61,758 nt of DNA, filler included, from Bonamia ostreae (GCA_040357525.1; 9 parts of 9 records of this genome joined end to end with filler, not necessarily neighbours in it); one strand, 5' to 3'. Shown: positions 34,464 through 48,089, counted from the first letter of the whole stretch. Translations and numbers: made by a program. Notes: generated from the sequence alone by a model not told the origin.

Positions 34464-36684
34464 NNNNNNNNNNNNNNNNNNNNNNNNNNNNNNNNNNNNN
34501 NNNNNNNTTAATTAATTAANNNNNNNNNNNNNNNNNNNNNNNNNNNNNNNNNNNNNNNNNNNNAATATTTTCTATTTGCAATTTCGTTGGTAGCAATTAT
34601 TTTTGTCGGAAAAAACTCAGAGCATTAGCAATTTAACATTGAATGTGGAAGATGCAAGTTTGTTTCAATGGCCAGATGTCACCTTTTAAGTGTGATGGTG
34701 GCTCAAATTTTGATGGAAAATTTGCCTGTTGATTGTTTAAAAACTTTGTTTTTAATTCAGAATCAAATTGATTTTACTTATTTTATAACTTCAATGATTT
34801 TAACTGCTATTTTGGTACTTTGTGTATTAATAAATAGCAAAGAAATTGCTTTCTATCTGAAATTGCCTGCTGATATTTTGTTTTTTTTTGAAATTTAGTC
34901 GTTCTAATTAAAAATATTTTGTGAAATTTAAATCGAAGGAACTAAAAAACTACAAAACATTTTCGTTTATTAAAATTGAAAAAAAGTGTGGAAGCAATTG
35001 AAACTAAATCGAACAACATCAAATTTTTGAATTTAGAAAACATAGACGCAAACTTGATATCAAAAGTTGTTGATGGTAACAAAAGCATAAGTACTTTGAT
35101 GTTTTGTACAAATATTATTATAGATTGCGACAAGTAAAAATTGACGATTTGGGGAAAATAGTTCATAATAGTTTAGTAACAACAGTAAAGTTATTTTTTA
35201 ATAAATTTATCTTATTTAAAATAGGTCAAATTTTCAAGTTGTTGAATTTTCTATTTTATTGTTAAAATTTAGCTCTAATTTTTAAAGGCTATTTCGATGC
35301 AATTTGTTAAATTTTTTTGAAGAAGAGATGTTCGAAAAAAGTTTAAAGATTAGAAGATTGTGGTTTGATATTACAATTTTACAAAATTGTTTTACCTTTT
35401 TTACTCGAACAAAAATTTTTATATTTTCTTAGTACTAAAATTGCTAACAATGATTTTACAACTTTATATTTGTACAAAAAGTGTTGAAAAATGTGATTTG
35501 AATTTAGAATTTTTTGATTTTTTGGACAATAGCTTGAAACACAAATCAAAAAGTGCACTTGAAGAAATAATGTTTGTATTCAAAATATTTTATAAAAAGA
35601 TTATTAAATAATGGAATAAATGACAGTTCGTTCATGCAAATATCCCAAATTTTTAAAAATTGTCCCTATCTTACACATTTATCGTTTTTTAAATTAAAAT
35701 TCTGTAGTTTTGGAATATAAATTCTTTAAGTAATAATACATTTTACACATTAAAATTATAATTTGAAAATCAAAAATAATACCTTTTAAATAAAATAACA
35801 TTTTTATAAAAATGTAGACTATCTGGTAACAAATTGTGTGATAAATCGTTAAAAGAAATTATTTTCTTGTGCTCTAGTCAATTTTCAATTGAAGTTTTAA
35901 AGTTTCTATTTCTAAAAATAGTATCAACGATAATAAATTCACTCCAGAAGGAATAAAATATTTGGCTCGAAGTTTGCTAAACAGGCAAAATTGTATTAAA
36001 ATTTTAAAGTTTTTAAGTATGCCTTCATAAGATTAATTTTATTAATTTTTAATTACAAATATTTTAGCGAAAAAATTATAGAATTGACAGCAAATACAAA
36101 AAGTACTTTGACGAGATTTCACCAGCATCAAACAGGCAGATCGATTTAATTTTCTTAAATAAGCCGAAAAGCGAAAAAAAGTGTGTACATTTTAACAAAA
36201 ATATTTGCAGATTTTGCGATTTTGAGCAAATTTGTTCAATTTGCAACAGCGAAGATAATTTTCATTGGTATTTGTGTGGTGAGAGATCATTTGTCTATCC
36301 TTAAATATTTTTTTAATTTTGTTAATTTGCCGTTTCATAATGGGAGACAGTGTCAGGAGCGGAGCGTTCATGCTTCTATTGATGGTGCCATCATTTGTAG
36401 TTATAGTACAATGATGCTGCCATCGATTATAACCTCCACCAATGCCTTGAACGTCCACTTCAGTTTAGGAAATGAATTCATTGCTACCACTAGACTGCCA
36501 TAAAATTTTTCTTAGTGATTTTAATTTTGCTAGTAACTTTTGTTTTTGTTATGAACATTTATATTTTTTTGATTTAAGAAATATTTGTTATCAGAAATGT
36601 TCAATAAATATCTGTATTTATTATTAAAAATTTGATTCATTTAAATATTTTATCTTGCAACAAATTAAACAAGTACGAATAGAT

Positions 36685-36936
36685 TTAATCAGATTCTATA
36701 CACAGTAGGATTAAAAAACAGAAAGCAACGGATGTTAATATTACAGTCCCTGTTATTATGACACCAGTTTTTTCGTAGTGGATGCCACAAACAAGTAGAA
36801 TAGTACCAATCACTAAAAAAAGAACTAACATCGCAAAAGATATATTTACAAAATTTAAATACGAACTTTCTTTGGGGTTATTTTTAAGATAATGTTTTGA
36901 TGACGGATCAACATCATACTCAATTCTCATTGTCAT
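36685..36936 (-). CDS. Small two-TM protein, unknown
   Basis: 83-aa ORF: polar N-terminus plus a TM hairpin. Confidence 0.55.
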   Translation of the reverse strand: MTMRIEYDVDPSSKHYLKNNPKESSYLNFVNISFAMLVLFLVIGTILLVCGIHYEKTGVIITGTVILTSVAFCFLILLCIESD

Positions 36937-37133
36937 GTAATTTCTTTTTAATCCATGGATGTAGCAATATTAATTTGTTTGATATATTTGTAGCAAATTA
37001 TCGTTTGGAAAGTAGGAATTTTTTATGTTATATCTTAAATATTCACAAATAAAAAATTTTCGCAACAATTATTAATTTTTAAAATTGGCAAATTCACGAA
37101 AATATTTACAAATAAAAATCATTTAGAGATTCA

Positions 37134-37412
37134 TTAGCGACCCCAGATAAATAACATTACAACAACATCCAGTAAAGAAAAGCAAATAAATACCAAGCCA
37201 AAAGCAAACAATTTTTTCGACATCAACCCAGATGCCGAAACTTTTGAAATAAGAACAATTATCAGACCGATGATTAAATAGATCATAACAGTGCTGATTA
37301 TTTTAAAGAAATCGCATAATGTTAATTTTTTTGTGTTGAATTCAATGTCGAGTTTTTTGTTTTTATTCGAGCCACTGGTATCATACTCGTTTAAATTTGC
37401 GTGATTTAACAT
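37134..37412 (-). CDS. Small two-TM protein, unknown
   Basis: 92-aa ORF with the same topology as its tandem neighbour. Confidence 0.55.
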   Translation of the reverse strand: MLNHANLNEYDTSGSNKNKKLDIEFNTKKLTLCDFFKIISTVMIYLIIGLIIVLISKVSASGLMSKKLFAFGLVFICFSLLDVVVMLFIWGR

Positions 37413-38216
37413 TTTTTATTATTTTAATAATTATTCCATGCAATCTTTAAATTGATATAATTACACATAAAAATTGCAATTTTTCGCCAAATTATGTTAA
37501 AATATAAAATTCTAGAATAAGCATTTTATTGATTTGTGCTTGTTAATATTCTATTTATTAAATTTTTTTGCGATAAACTTAACGAGTAGATAAAACTTAC
37601 TGTAAATAGACAAAATGAATAAAATATAAAGCACCGCATTTACAACTTTTCACAGATCAAATATTTAAATATTAGCAAGTACAAGTACATATACAACTAA
37701 TACTAGAAAATGGAAAAAATTTAAAAAATTGAAAAAAAAAGCAAAAAATTCTACGAAAAGTGTGGTAAAAAATTATTGTTTTCTTTAAACAAAAAAGTAC
37801 GATTTTTTTTAGAAAATGCATTGCAAAAACAAATATAAAGAAAACTCAAATTGGAAATATTTCCTATTTCCAACTTCAAAGGTTCTAAAAATAATCGTAA
37901 AAACGTAAAAATAATCGTTACAAACTTCCCTAAAAATAATCGCAAAAGCGTAAAAACAATCGTTAAAACTTCAAATGTTTCAAAAATAATAACTAAAACG
38001 TCAAATAATCACTAAACACAAAAACAATTAGATAATCGTAGTACCTTACAAGCCAATTACTAAAATTGCAAATTTAATTTCAAAGACTTTAGTATATTCG
38101 ATGACATTAAGTTTTATTTTAGTGGGCTTAAAATTTTAAAAAGAGCTGTGTTTTTGTAATTTTTAATATAATCCAAAAAACAGCATATTTATTATTATTA
38201 TATTGTGAAGCCTAAT

Positions 38217-40411
38217 ATGAAAAATAAAATTGCCACAATGTCGGCATTTGAAAAAAACAACCTAGTGGCCTCTTCTGCTCATTTAAACTGTTTAGAAGTG
38301 CAAAATGGTTGTGAATTGTCCGAAACTGTCAAATGGTTTTAAGCTCAATCCCTCAATTAAATTACCTAATCAAATTATTTTTAAAGCTCGTCCAAACGAC
38401 TTTTAATGAGCCAGAACGTCTGTTTGAACGAATTAGAAAATAAGCTGTCCATTGAATGTAAAGACCGAATCGGAAAGTCGAAAATACTAAAAAACGAACT
38501 TTGTAATTTTTCTCTTAACGAACCGGCGATTTTGCAATCGAAAAATGAGGAAAGGAACAGCGATTGCGAAAATAGCCAGAATTGGCCGATGAAAAATTTT
38601 TCGTCGCTGATCATCAAAAAATCGGCCACTCCAAAATCAGACCCAAAAAGCAAACCGGTTAAAAACGAAATTAGGCGCGAGGGGGAGCTTAGTCCTTCCC
38701 CGTCAAATGAAATGTCAAAAGACGAAAGTGAAGATTCGAAAACGAAAACTGGCAAAAGAAGGAATAACAAAGGCAAAATTGCGAAACGAAAAATATCGAA
38801 AACTAAAAAAAACCTTCGAACGCGTTATACCATCAAATTGAGGGCGCGCGACAAACTAAAGCGCAGAAACATATTCGATGACTCGATCTATGACGAATAC
38901 GATTCGCTAAGCGATTCTTCTTCTAGCAACATTATAGAAAAAAACTCCGAAAATTCCGTTTCGACCGATTCCCCTCCGCACAACGATATGACCAATTCGC
39001 CCCAAATTCCCAAAACCAAACGGAAGAAAAATAGCTTCGTCAAATGGTCATTAGAAGAGGTTTCGACTTTAGGACTTCTGAATTTATAAATTTGTTAAGT
39101 TCTAGCAAAGTCAGTCCAGCTTACATTATTTAGTCTTGTTCCATAAAATTTGTATAGTATTAATGTTGAAAAACTGTAATAATATTGATTTAAAACACAA
39201 GGAGATAACGTTGAGAGATTGCGTCTTGTACCAATCTCAAGAATCGAAAACGATCGCTTGGAAAAGCGTCATGGATATGATGCCGCAAAGGTACCAAAAC
39301 AGAACACCGAAAAAACTCCGCAACAAGTGGCGCAAACTCTTGTTTCGGAAGGACTTCGTCTCCGAAGCCGATCTCAAGAGACTCTATCGCGGCAAAAAGG
39401 ACACCGCGTTAACCAAAAAAGACGAAAACGCTCTCCAAATTCCCGAAAAACCTGTCACACTGCGGGAAAAAATCCTCGCGAGGAAAAACGGGCAGCTTTT
39501 GCCCAATGAAGAGAACGCCGATTTTGGAACAAACAAAAATTGGGACAAAACCTTCATCGTCAAAAAACTCGACAAGACCACGATCGAAAGGCAAAACAAA
39601 AATTTTGACTACAACGACGCGATCGCGGAGAAATGGCTCAAGTCGCTCGAAAAGCGGATAGAAAAAACAAAGTCTGACAAAATCAAAAGCTTGGACGACC
39701 TGTGCTCCTCGGCGGATTTCCAAGTCGCCAAAAATTTGCCGGTCGCCCCGCCAAAAATTTGCGGGAAAGAAAAGCCGAAACCGCCAATTAGCCAATCGCC
39801 CGCAAAATTCCCCGTTCAAAAATCAGAGCCCCCTCCGCTCGTCTGGGCGATCGAGCGATATCGGAAAACGGGGCGATCGGCGCAACACAATCTGGTCAGC
39901 CTCAAAACGCCGGCGGGCCCCAAAAGAACGAGCTACTCGATGCCGAACTATTGCAGACTTTTCAGTCCTTACAGATTCGGCTCGCTCTGCTCTAAACGAG
40001 TGCCCAGACTAGAATTCAACACTCACCACAGCTACGACAGGATGGTTTCCAATCCGATAAATTATTGCAAAACTTAAAATTTTGCAAAATGTCCGATTTT
40101 GTAAATGAAATTAGAACACGATGCAGTTAGAATCGCTGTTTTTCACGTACACGCGGAACATAAGAATAAAGCGATTTAAAATCAGCGAATGCGAAGCGAT
40201 GGCGGAAAAGGGCAAAAAGTACTCGAAAGACAAATCGAAGCGCTACAGCGAGCTTAAAGTTTACTTTGGCAAATTTAAGAAGCGATTAGAAAAAGAGCAA
40301 GCCTTGGCAAACCAAATGGAGCGGAACGACGAGAAGATTCTCTGGCAGCTGCAGTCGATGCAGATGGAGTTTTCTCTTTTGCACCGAAAGCGCGCACAGT
40401 TGAGTGACTGA
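38217..40411 (+). CDS. Myb/SANT-domain protein
   Basis: KWSLEE|EITLRDCV...IAWKSVMDMMPQRYQNRTPKKLRNKWRKL carries three Myb tryptophans; basic low-complexity flanks; C-terminal coiled coil. Confidence 0.75.
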
Positions 40412-40618
40412 AGTTTGGACTGATTTTTGCTATAAATTTTCTGCAAATTTTTCCAATTTTTTGCGCAAATGACGGTTAATTAAATTTTTCCGCAAATAAT
40501 CAAATTTTCCAGAATTAATTAACTATTTTTGACATTACTATTTTAAGCAAATTTCGATATAAAAAGTAAAGCTTGAATTCCTTTAAATTAATAACGATTT
40601 TGGTATATTAAAACGCCG

Positions 40619-41301
40619 ATGTCTTCTCAAAAATCGTATCACCAATTCTCTGAAAACGCGAACAATAGAAGGTAAAGATTCTTTCTACGAAAGAAACATT
40701 TTCCGTTCGCTTTCAATTTCGCCGCACGAAGAATCGAGCAAGCTGATAATTATTCTGGTGGGCCTTCCAGCCAGAGGAAAATCTTACATTTCCCACAAAC
40801 TTAGCAATTTCCTCAATTGGCGAGGTCATTCCTGCCGAGTTTTCAATGTCGGTCAATACAGACGCACCGAAATGTCGGACGAACCTCGCCAAAATGCTGA
40901 TTTCTTCTCAGACAAAAACAGCAAAAATGTCGAAAAAAGAAATATTATTGCTTTGAAAGTTCTCGAAGTGGCCATAACGTGGTTGAATAACAAAAACGGG
41001 CAAAGTTTTAGACAATTTTTTTAATTTGGCGATTTGTAAAAAATTGTAAATTTTGGCTCGGAAAATTAAATTTTCGATTCTAGTTGCGATCTTCGACGCG
41101 ACAAATACGACAAAAAGCAGAAGAAAGGCTCTCAGCGAAATCATTAAAAAGGTAATTTTTAACTATTTAGACAACGCACCGATTTCTCTTCGTCGAATCG
41201 ATATGCGATGACGAAAAAGTAATCGAAACTAATTTGAAAGCTAAAGCTGAAAAATCTCCGGATTTCAATAACATGAAATTTGAAAATGCTTTAATTGTTG
41301 T
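40619..41301 (+). CDS. PFKFB: 6-phosphofructo-2-kinase/fructose-2,6-bisphosphatase, 5' part
   Basis: LVGLPARGKSYIS, VFNVGQYRR, AIFDATNTTKSRR, FVESICDD and KSPDF. Confidence 0.93.
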
Positions 41302-41435
41302 NNNNNNNNNNNNNNNNNNNNNNNNNNNNNNNNNNNNNNNNNNNNTTAATTAATTAANNNNNNNNNNNNNNNNNNNNNNNNNNNNNNNNNNNNNNNNNNN
41401 NATTTATTGTTCTAGATAATAAAAATCGGATAAAG

Positions 41436-42100
41436 GACCAAAAACAACAACCATCTGGGCAAGTTCGAGCTCAAAGGAATCCCCCCGAAACCACGCGGGG
41501 TTCCGCAGATCGCGGTTTCCTTCGACATCGACTCCAACGGCATCATGACCGTGAGCGCAGAGGACAAAGACAGCAGCAACAGGGCGCAGATCACCGTCAC
41601 GAACGACGACAGCAACCGCCTCAGCGACAAAGACATCGAGAACTTTATGGAGCAGCACGAGAAAAATAAGGAGGAAGACGAGAAGATGTACCAGAAGGTG
41701 ATGGCCAAGAACAACCTCGAGCAGCAGGCGTACAGGTTTTCCTCCGCATTTTAGCTTGAACAACTATGTCAAAGACGAGAAGGTCAAGGAGAAGCTCGAC
41801 GAAGCGCAGAAGAGGGACTTCGACAGTTTGAGCGCGAAGGTGAAAGAGGTGATGGGACTCGTGCAAGGCGACATTGAGCTGGAAGAAAGTGAACGCCACA
41901 AGAAGGAACTGGAGGACTTGTCGAAGCCGGTCCTCGAAGCCTTGTCGAAGAACAACGCCATGCCTGGAAACGGCATGCCCGGCGGAATGCCAGGCGGAAT
42001 GCCGGGAGGAATGCCGGGAGGCATGCCCGACATGAGCGGAAATCAAGGCGGACAACAAGCCCCTCCTTCCGAAGGACCGAAGATCGAAGAAGTCGATTAA
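41436..42100 (+). CDS. HSP70: Cytosolic HSP70, 3' part
   Basis: [34 protein letters not shown] repeats, GPKIEEVD*; 19-nt intron at 41736-41754. Confidence 0.96.
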
Positions 42101-42150
42101 ATCGATTCGAAGATTTTTTTTCACGTCAAATATTTTTGACAATTTAAAAT

Positions 42151-42976
42151 TTATTGTTTGGCCTTTCTCTTCGGGAAAACCTCGGCTATAGTTTCTCGCC
42201 AACTTTCGCCTCGGAAAACCTTTACTAAAATCTCAAAGGCTTTTGATGCAAATTAAAACTTTGGTTGACCGTGAAAACTAGGTTCTTCTTGTTGATTTGG
42301 TCCACGGGGAATTTCTTGCGACTAACGCCCAACTCCTTTGCGATGTCCAACGTCAAGTTTTTCTCGTGGCCATTGTCCACCAGTCCGCCGATGACGTAAA
42401 CCTTTTCCTCCTCGATTTCCCCCAACACCTCTTCCGCGTCTGGAGACAGATAGACGATGTCCTCGCTTCTGAAGATGTCCTTCCAATGGCGAGCGTCCTT
42501 CTCGATCTTTAATTGCGGAAAGAAACCATCCATTTGTCCAAGTCGATTTTCTTCTGTTCCACAAACTTCTCGACGCTCGAGCCGAAGCTCGTCCAGATCA
42601 TCTTCGCGGGCGATTCAAAGTTTCGCTTGTTCTCCGCGTAGCAATAGAGCATCTGGTTCACGAGGCTGTTGATTTTCTTTTATTGGCGAGGAAAAACTCT
42701 TTCCGGCATCAGATTGTTGAACGACAAGTCGAAGACGATATTGAAGCGCGACTTCGCCACGTTTTCTCTGAAGAGCTGCAGACTTTCCCGTCGCGTGTAT
42801 TTCATGTTGTTTTGTTCCTCGTTTGGCGTTGCGCGCCGGTTGCTCTTTTTGTTTGTCTTTTTGAGTATTCGCTTTTGGCGTCTTTTGTTTTGCATAAACT
42901 CGACTTTATTTCTGTATTTCTGCTCTCTCTTTAGTTCATTCTTGGACTTGACATAATTCGCCTTCAGTCTTTCCAT
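42151..42976 (-). CDS. TRM10: tRNA (guanine-9-N1)-methyltransferase TRM10
   Basis: IVFDLSFNNLM, IVYLSPDAEEVL...VYVIGGLVD, VFTVNQ|TFEIL...WRETIAEVFPKRK; introns of 20-21 nt. Confidence 0.93.
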
Positions 42977-43449
42977 TTATGACAAATTTTGTTTTAGGGT
43001 TAGGAATTATATTGTCGTTGATTAAAGCTAGTTAGTTTCCATTTTTGATAAATTTTTGATGAAAAACGGGCATTTTTTGATGAGACGGAATTTGATTTTT
43101 ATTCTTTTTGTCGCTCGAGACGGAAATAAATCAAAATGAAAAATTTCCGATCAGTTTTAGCGTTCGTTGCTTGAAGAACAGAAATAGAAATTGCCAATCA
43201 GATTAAAACGAAGAGAACGAGCCGGAAATAGAAATTGCGAAGATTACAACAAAAATTTTCCCTTTAAAAAATTATTGACTTGAAAATGGCCATTCAAACT
43301 TGCTAAAAAGCAAGAAATGGCGCTAACATCAATTAGCTAAAATTAGCCGATTGGCTGCAAAAGTAAGAATGGCCGCAAATATACCTAAAAAACATAACAT
43401 ACCTAAAAAGCCTACAAGATTAAGCTCAAACTAAGTGCAAACTCACAAT

Positions 43450-44283
43450 TTATTTTGCCATGTTTTTTAACCAGCGAAGTTTATTCATTATAAAAATCGC
43501 AGACCTGTTCTCCAGGTGCGGCAGAACTGTTCGTTTGTCTGCGCGCATGAAAGGATTGTACCTCTTCTCCTCTTTGATGGTCGATTCTAAGATACCCGTC
43601 TTCATCAAACTTATAGCCGCCGACAACTTTATCTTGGCTTCACTGTTCACCTGTTCGGCTATCCTCGTCGCAAACATGAGGTTTTCGTACGCGTATTCGT
43701 GTCCGCTATGAACGGCAGTGTCGTCCGGCAGCCGCTTCAGTTTATCCATGGCGGCGACCATGTCGCTCGGACCGCCTTCGAAGAACTTGCCGCAGCCCGC
43801 CAAGAAGAGCGTGTCCCCCGTGAAAACTGCTTTCTTGTCTTCCCGGGAACTCGTGAGATAGTAGCAAATGCTCCCCCTCGTGTGGCAGGGCACGTGGATG
43901 GCCTTGATCGTCAGCTCTCGTAGCTTTATCTCGCTGCCGTCCACCACTTCGTCGGTGAGCCCCGGAATGTTGTCCTGCGCGCAGCCTTCGAGATGAGAGA
44001 TGGAAACCGAAAATCTTCATCTTCGGGTAATCTTCCAGCATCATCGTGTTCCCCGCGGTGTGGTCACTGGGCGTGATTGATTTAAAAACTCGTGTCCGTG
44101 CGTCGTGAGAGTCATCACCGGGTTCAAGCCGAAGACTTCTATTTCCTTGAATTTCCTGTGTAAGCCGTTGTCGACCAGAATGACGTCTCGCGAATTCTGC
44201 GGGATGACGATGTAGCCCAGGTTGTCTATTTTGTATCTTACTGGGATTATCTGCAGCGCGTTTTTCATTTGTATGTCGAGCAT
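43450..44283 (-). CDS. HAGH: Hydroxyacylglutathione hydrolase (glyoxalase II)
   Basis: DNLGY, LTTHGHDDHTAGN, PCHTRGSICY, FTGDTLFLAGCGKFFEG, GHEY and STIKEEKRYNPFMR. Confidence 0.92.
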
Positions 44284-44456
44284 TAAACGAATAGAACTTA
44301 ATAAAGTGTGCTAAATGCAAATTTTTGTCGTTTAGGCCACAAAATATAAATTTGAAAATCGCCTCTATCGGAGAGCCATCGCAGTTAGCGAGTTCCTTTT
44401 TAGAAATCGATATTCTGTCCAAATCGTAAAAATTCTATATTGGAACACTTTATTAA

Positions 44457-45053
44457 ATGGCGACGCCAATGGACAAAAAGGCAAACAGGTACCCGTTTTG
44501 TGTGGTTTGGGGACCTCTCCCCGTAATCTCGTTATTTTTCTAACTTTAGCTGGATTTGCCCTGTGATCGGCCATCTGGGGATTTGCGATTCCAGAGGAAA
44601 GATACACGACTTCTCGGGACCCTATTCCATCACTGTTTTGAATTCTATTCTAGTTGGATAGTTTTATGACCGGCAAAGTGAGACGCTTCCAGAAAATCGA
44701 TCTGGGCGAATTGAGCGTTGACGAAAAACACGGCCTCTCCAAGGAAGAATTCTGGGACGAATGCATAGAAGAGGCCGACGCAGCGTTCAGAAAGAAACCG
44801 GTTTTGTTTTATTATTCGCAGCACAACTTGATAACGTTTGATTTTTAAACCACAGCAACAATTGCCATGACCACGTAATAATGGCTTTAAACAAAATGGG
44901 AATCGACGCGAAAGTGATTCCGTTCACTGCCAAGTTCACACTTGAGGCGCAATTCGTAGAGTTTTCTTTCACATTTTCAGCAAAAAGAGCGCTGTTCTGG
45001 TTTATCTTCCCTTTCTCCTCATCTTGATTTTTCTGCTTTTCTTTCTGCTTTAA
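44457..45053 (+). CDS. TMEM222: TMEM222/RTE1-family membrane protein
   Basis: [40 protein letters not shown]...HNLITNNCHDHV; five introns of 19-21 nt. Confidence 0.92.
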
Positions 45054-45804
45054 TAAATTCAAAATGAGTATTTTTGTAATTTAATCAAATCTCTCCACTT
45101 TCATTTTTTTATCAAATTCAATGATGTAGCAAATCTTCGGATTGTAGCCGTTTTCGCCAAATCATCTTTTAGATAAAAGTATAATTGCTCAAGACTGTTA
45201 ATCAGTCAATTTTTTCTTGCAAACTTTTATCTTTATGTTGTTTTTCAGTATAAAATTTTTTTCTTATAAAATTTTTTCAGTGGTTCAAAATTGCTTTTCT
45301 TAAATTTGCTAAACAAATAGTTCAATATTCAATGGCTGATCCGAGTGAGACAGCGTTGCTAAAAATTTTACTACAAGGACATATTTTTAATTATTGCAAT
45401 TTTTGCTTTGAACCAAAAACTGCTTCTCGGATCTGTTTATTCTCTTTACACCAAAAACAGATTTTTATAGTTCTCATATCACGGAATATCAACTTAAAAA
45501 TCGATGTTTTTTAAAATAGTATTACAGTTTTAACAGAATTGGCGAAAGAACCAAAATGCTGATAAACGTTCCATTTAAAAAANNNNNNNNNNNNNNNNNN
45601 NNNNNNNNNNNNNNNNNNNNNNNNNNNNNNNNNNNNNNNNNNNNNNNNNNNNNNNNNNNNNNNNNNNNNNNNNNNNNNNNNNCGATTGCACCGGATGATC
45701 GTCCTGCGATTTTAGCATTTGAGTTTTGGCAATTTTACTACATTTCTTAAAGCGATTTTAAAACAACCAGATTTAAAGCCGTTAAACTGACCGAATTTAA
45801 ACCG

Positions 45805-47326
45805 ATGCGCGACGACGGCCCCATTAAAATGGCCTCCTGCGCGCCAATTAATATAGCCGTCGTGAAATATTGGGGAAAGCGGGACGAAAGACTAGTTCTT
45901 CCCTGCAACTCCTCCATATCACTGACGTTAGACATGGACTCTCTTTCGACCTCCACCATCGTCGAAGCAAGCCCTAAATTCGAAGAAAACGAAATATTGC
46001 TGAACGGAAAGTTTTGAAAGCAATTTACAGGAAAGAAAGTTTTGACAACACGAGGTTGAAGCGATGCATTAATGACTGCATCAAATTCTCGTCAAACGTA
46101 ACATTTTTAATAATTCCTAAAAGCCCGAAAAATGGGCAAGATTCAAATTCCACATTTCTTCGAAAAACAGTTTTCCGACAGCCGCCGGTTTAGCGAGTAG
46201 CGCTTCCGGGTACGCTTGTCTAGGTTATTTTTAGAAAAACTTAAAATGACTTTTTTAATAGATCAAAATTTTAGAAAAACAAAAAGTTATTTTATTCTTG
46301 ATTTTTTTGAACTTTTTTTGCAATTTTCAAACTTTTGTTATTTGTAAATGAGTGGCCGTTTTAAAACTAAACCTTCGTACTTGTCAATTATATTTCTTCG
46401 AAGTTTTAAAAAACCTCCGATCTAATTTGACTAAATTCGATTGTGCACAACTTGCAAACTAAAAGTCGACTAAAAATCTTTGATAATTTGGTCAATTATA
46501 AAAATTTGCGAAAGCAAAAGCGATTTATAAAATTTAAGTCAATTGTCTTTGCAAAATGTTTGGAATTCGCGAGAAGAACCTCATTTCCAGAATAGCGAGA
46601 ATGGGTTCGGGCAGTGCTTCGAGAAGCATTTTGGGGGGATGGGCCGAGTGGCAAAAAGGCGAAGAATCGGACGGAAGCGACAGCTTTGCCACCGAAATAA
46701 AGCCATTTGGCTGGTGGCCCGATTTCAGAATTCTGATCCTAATCGTTTTCTACGACATAACGAACAAAGTCCGACAATAGCTCAAAATCGGTTTCGAGCA
46801 CGATCGGAATGCGACGGACCGCGAACACGAGCAGACATTTCGCAGCTCTTTTGAAAACCGGACATTGCGAAGAGCAGATTGAAAAAATGCGGAAAGCGAT
46901 ATCCGGAAGGGACTTTGCGTCCTTCGCGGAAATAACGATGCGCGAAAGCAACAGACTGCATTCGGCCTGTCTCGACACCTTTCCCCCCATTTTTTACCTA
47001 AACGACATTTCCCGAAAGGTGATCGAAACAGTCCATTCATTTAACTCGCAACGCACAAAGGCGGCTTATTCGTTCGACGCGGGCCCGAACGCGTTTTTGT
47101 TCGTCTTGAAAGACGATCTGGAAGATCTAATAAACTCCTTATTTGGCGAATTCGGACAATTCGATATTGAAGACAATTCGAAGCTTCGGGTTTTTGTGCG
47201 AAACTTTAGCGGTCAAACTTAGCGTCGGCGGCTGTGGGAAGAGGGGAATCGAGCAGAGGAATCAAAAGAGCCGTGCTGGCCCGGATAGGCCCGGGGCCCA
47301 AAAGCAGCGGGGACAGTAAACGTTAA
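45805..47326 (+). CDS. MVD: Diphosphomevalonate decarboxylase
   Basis: [60 protein letters not shown] and IGPGP. Confidence 0.96.
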
Positions 47327-47334
47327 ATGTAAAT

Positions 47335-48089
47335 TTATGCGACCACTTCGGTGGCCATCAACAAAGCAAAGTTGGCCAGAGCGAACAAGACGACCAAAGT
47401 CAGAAAAACGAGGATCACCTCCGCTTTCATGTTCAGCTCGAACGAGTCCGTCTTGTCTTTGGCTGCCCTTGTTAATGAGAGAAGACGAACCAGACGCAGA
47501 TGAGGAAGGTGGCGAGGAAGATGAAGGAGAAGATGGTGGCCGAGTAGTCGGGGTCGTCTTTGCTCCCTGTTTTGGTTTCGGCGCGGTCCTTCGCCACGGC
47601 GTGGAGGACCAGCCTCCGGACTGCTCGTCCGTGCGAGTAGGCTTCGCATTCCTTGCAGAGCGAGGCGATGGACCTTCTCTCTCCTGCGTAGTTTCCCAAG
47701 AACAAGAGGGCCACTTTGTATCTTTCGAAGGGGACTGTTTCCGAGAAGACAATGTCGACCAAGTCGCTTACTCGTTTGCGCGGGTCGATTTTGACCTGGA
47801 TGCAGTGCATTCCGCCGTAGAGGATCTTCACTTCCACGAGGTCCCTTCCGTCGGAATTTTCTGGCAAGAGGTTGATTTTGGGGGAGCACTTGATCCGCAG
47901 AAGGTCGCGCAGAGTTTTCCTGGCCGATCTTCTTTTTGTCGCTTTCCGCGAGGAGTGCTTCAGGAACAGCATTATCGCTTTGTTTTTAGTCAATTTAGGA
48001 TTAGAGCTTTCGGACTCAAAATTACCTTTTAGAAGTACAATGGAGCAAACCAAGATTGAAAGTGCTGTGATTGTTATAAAAGCGAGCAT
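47335..48089 (-). CDS. Transmembrane + ubiquitin-like domain protein (TMUB/Dsc3-like)
   Basis: N-terminal TM; Ubl-like VEVKILY...VSDLVDIVF...VALLFLG...LVLHAV; two C-terminal TMs after a 23-nt intron. Confidence 0.55.

Noticed and set aside
34564-36170. Plus-strand multi-exon gene fragments
   Set aside because: Probably coding, but I could not establish a reliable exon chain or family, so it is not listed as a feature.
36192-36503. EVDVQGIGG segment as a retroviral protease relic
   Set aside because: No D(T/S)G catalytic motif or other pol motifs are recognisable.
41404-47889. Long antisense or alternative-frame ORFs over HSP70, HAGH, MVD and the TMUB-like gene
   Set aside because: These are shadow ORFs expected from GC-rich codon usage and show no recognisable motifs.
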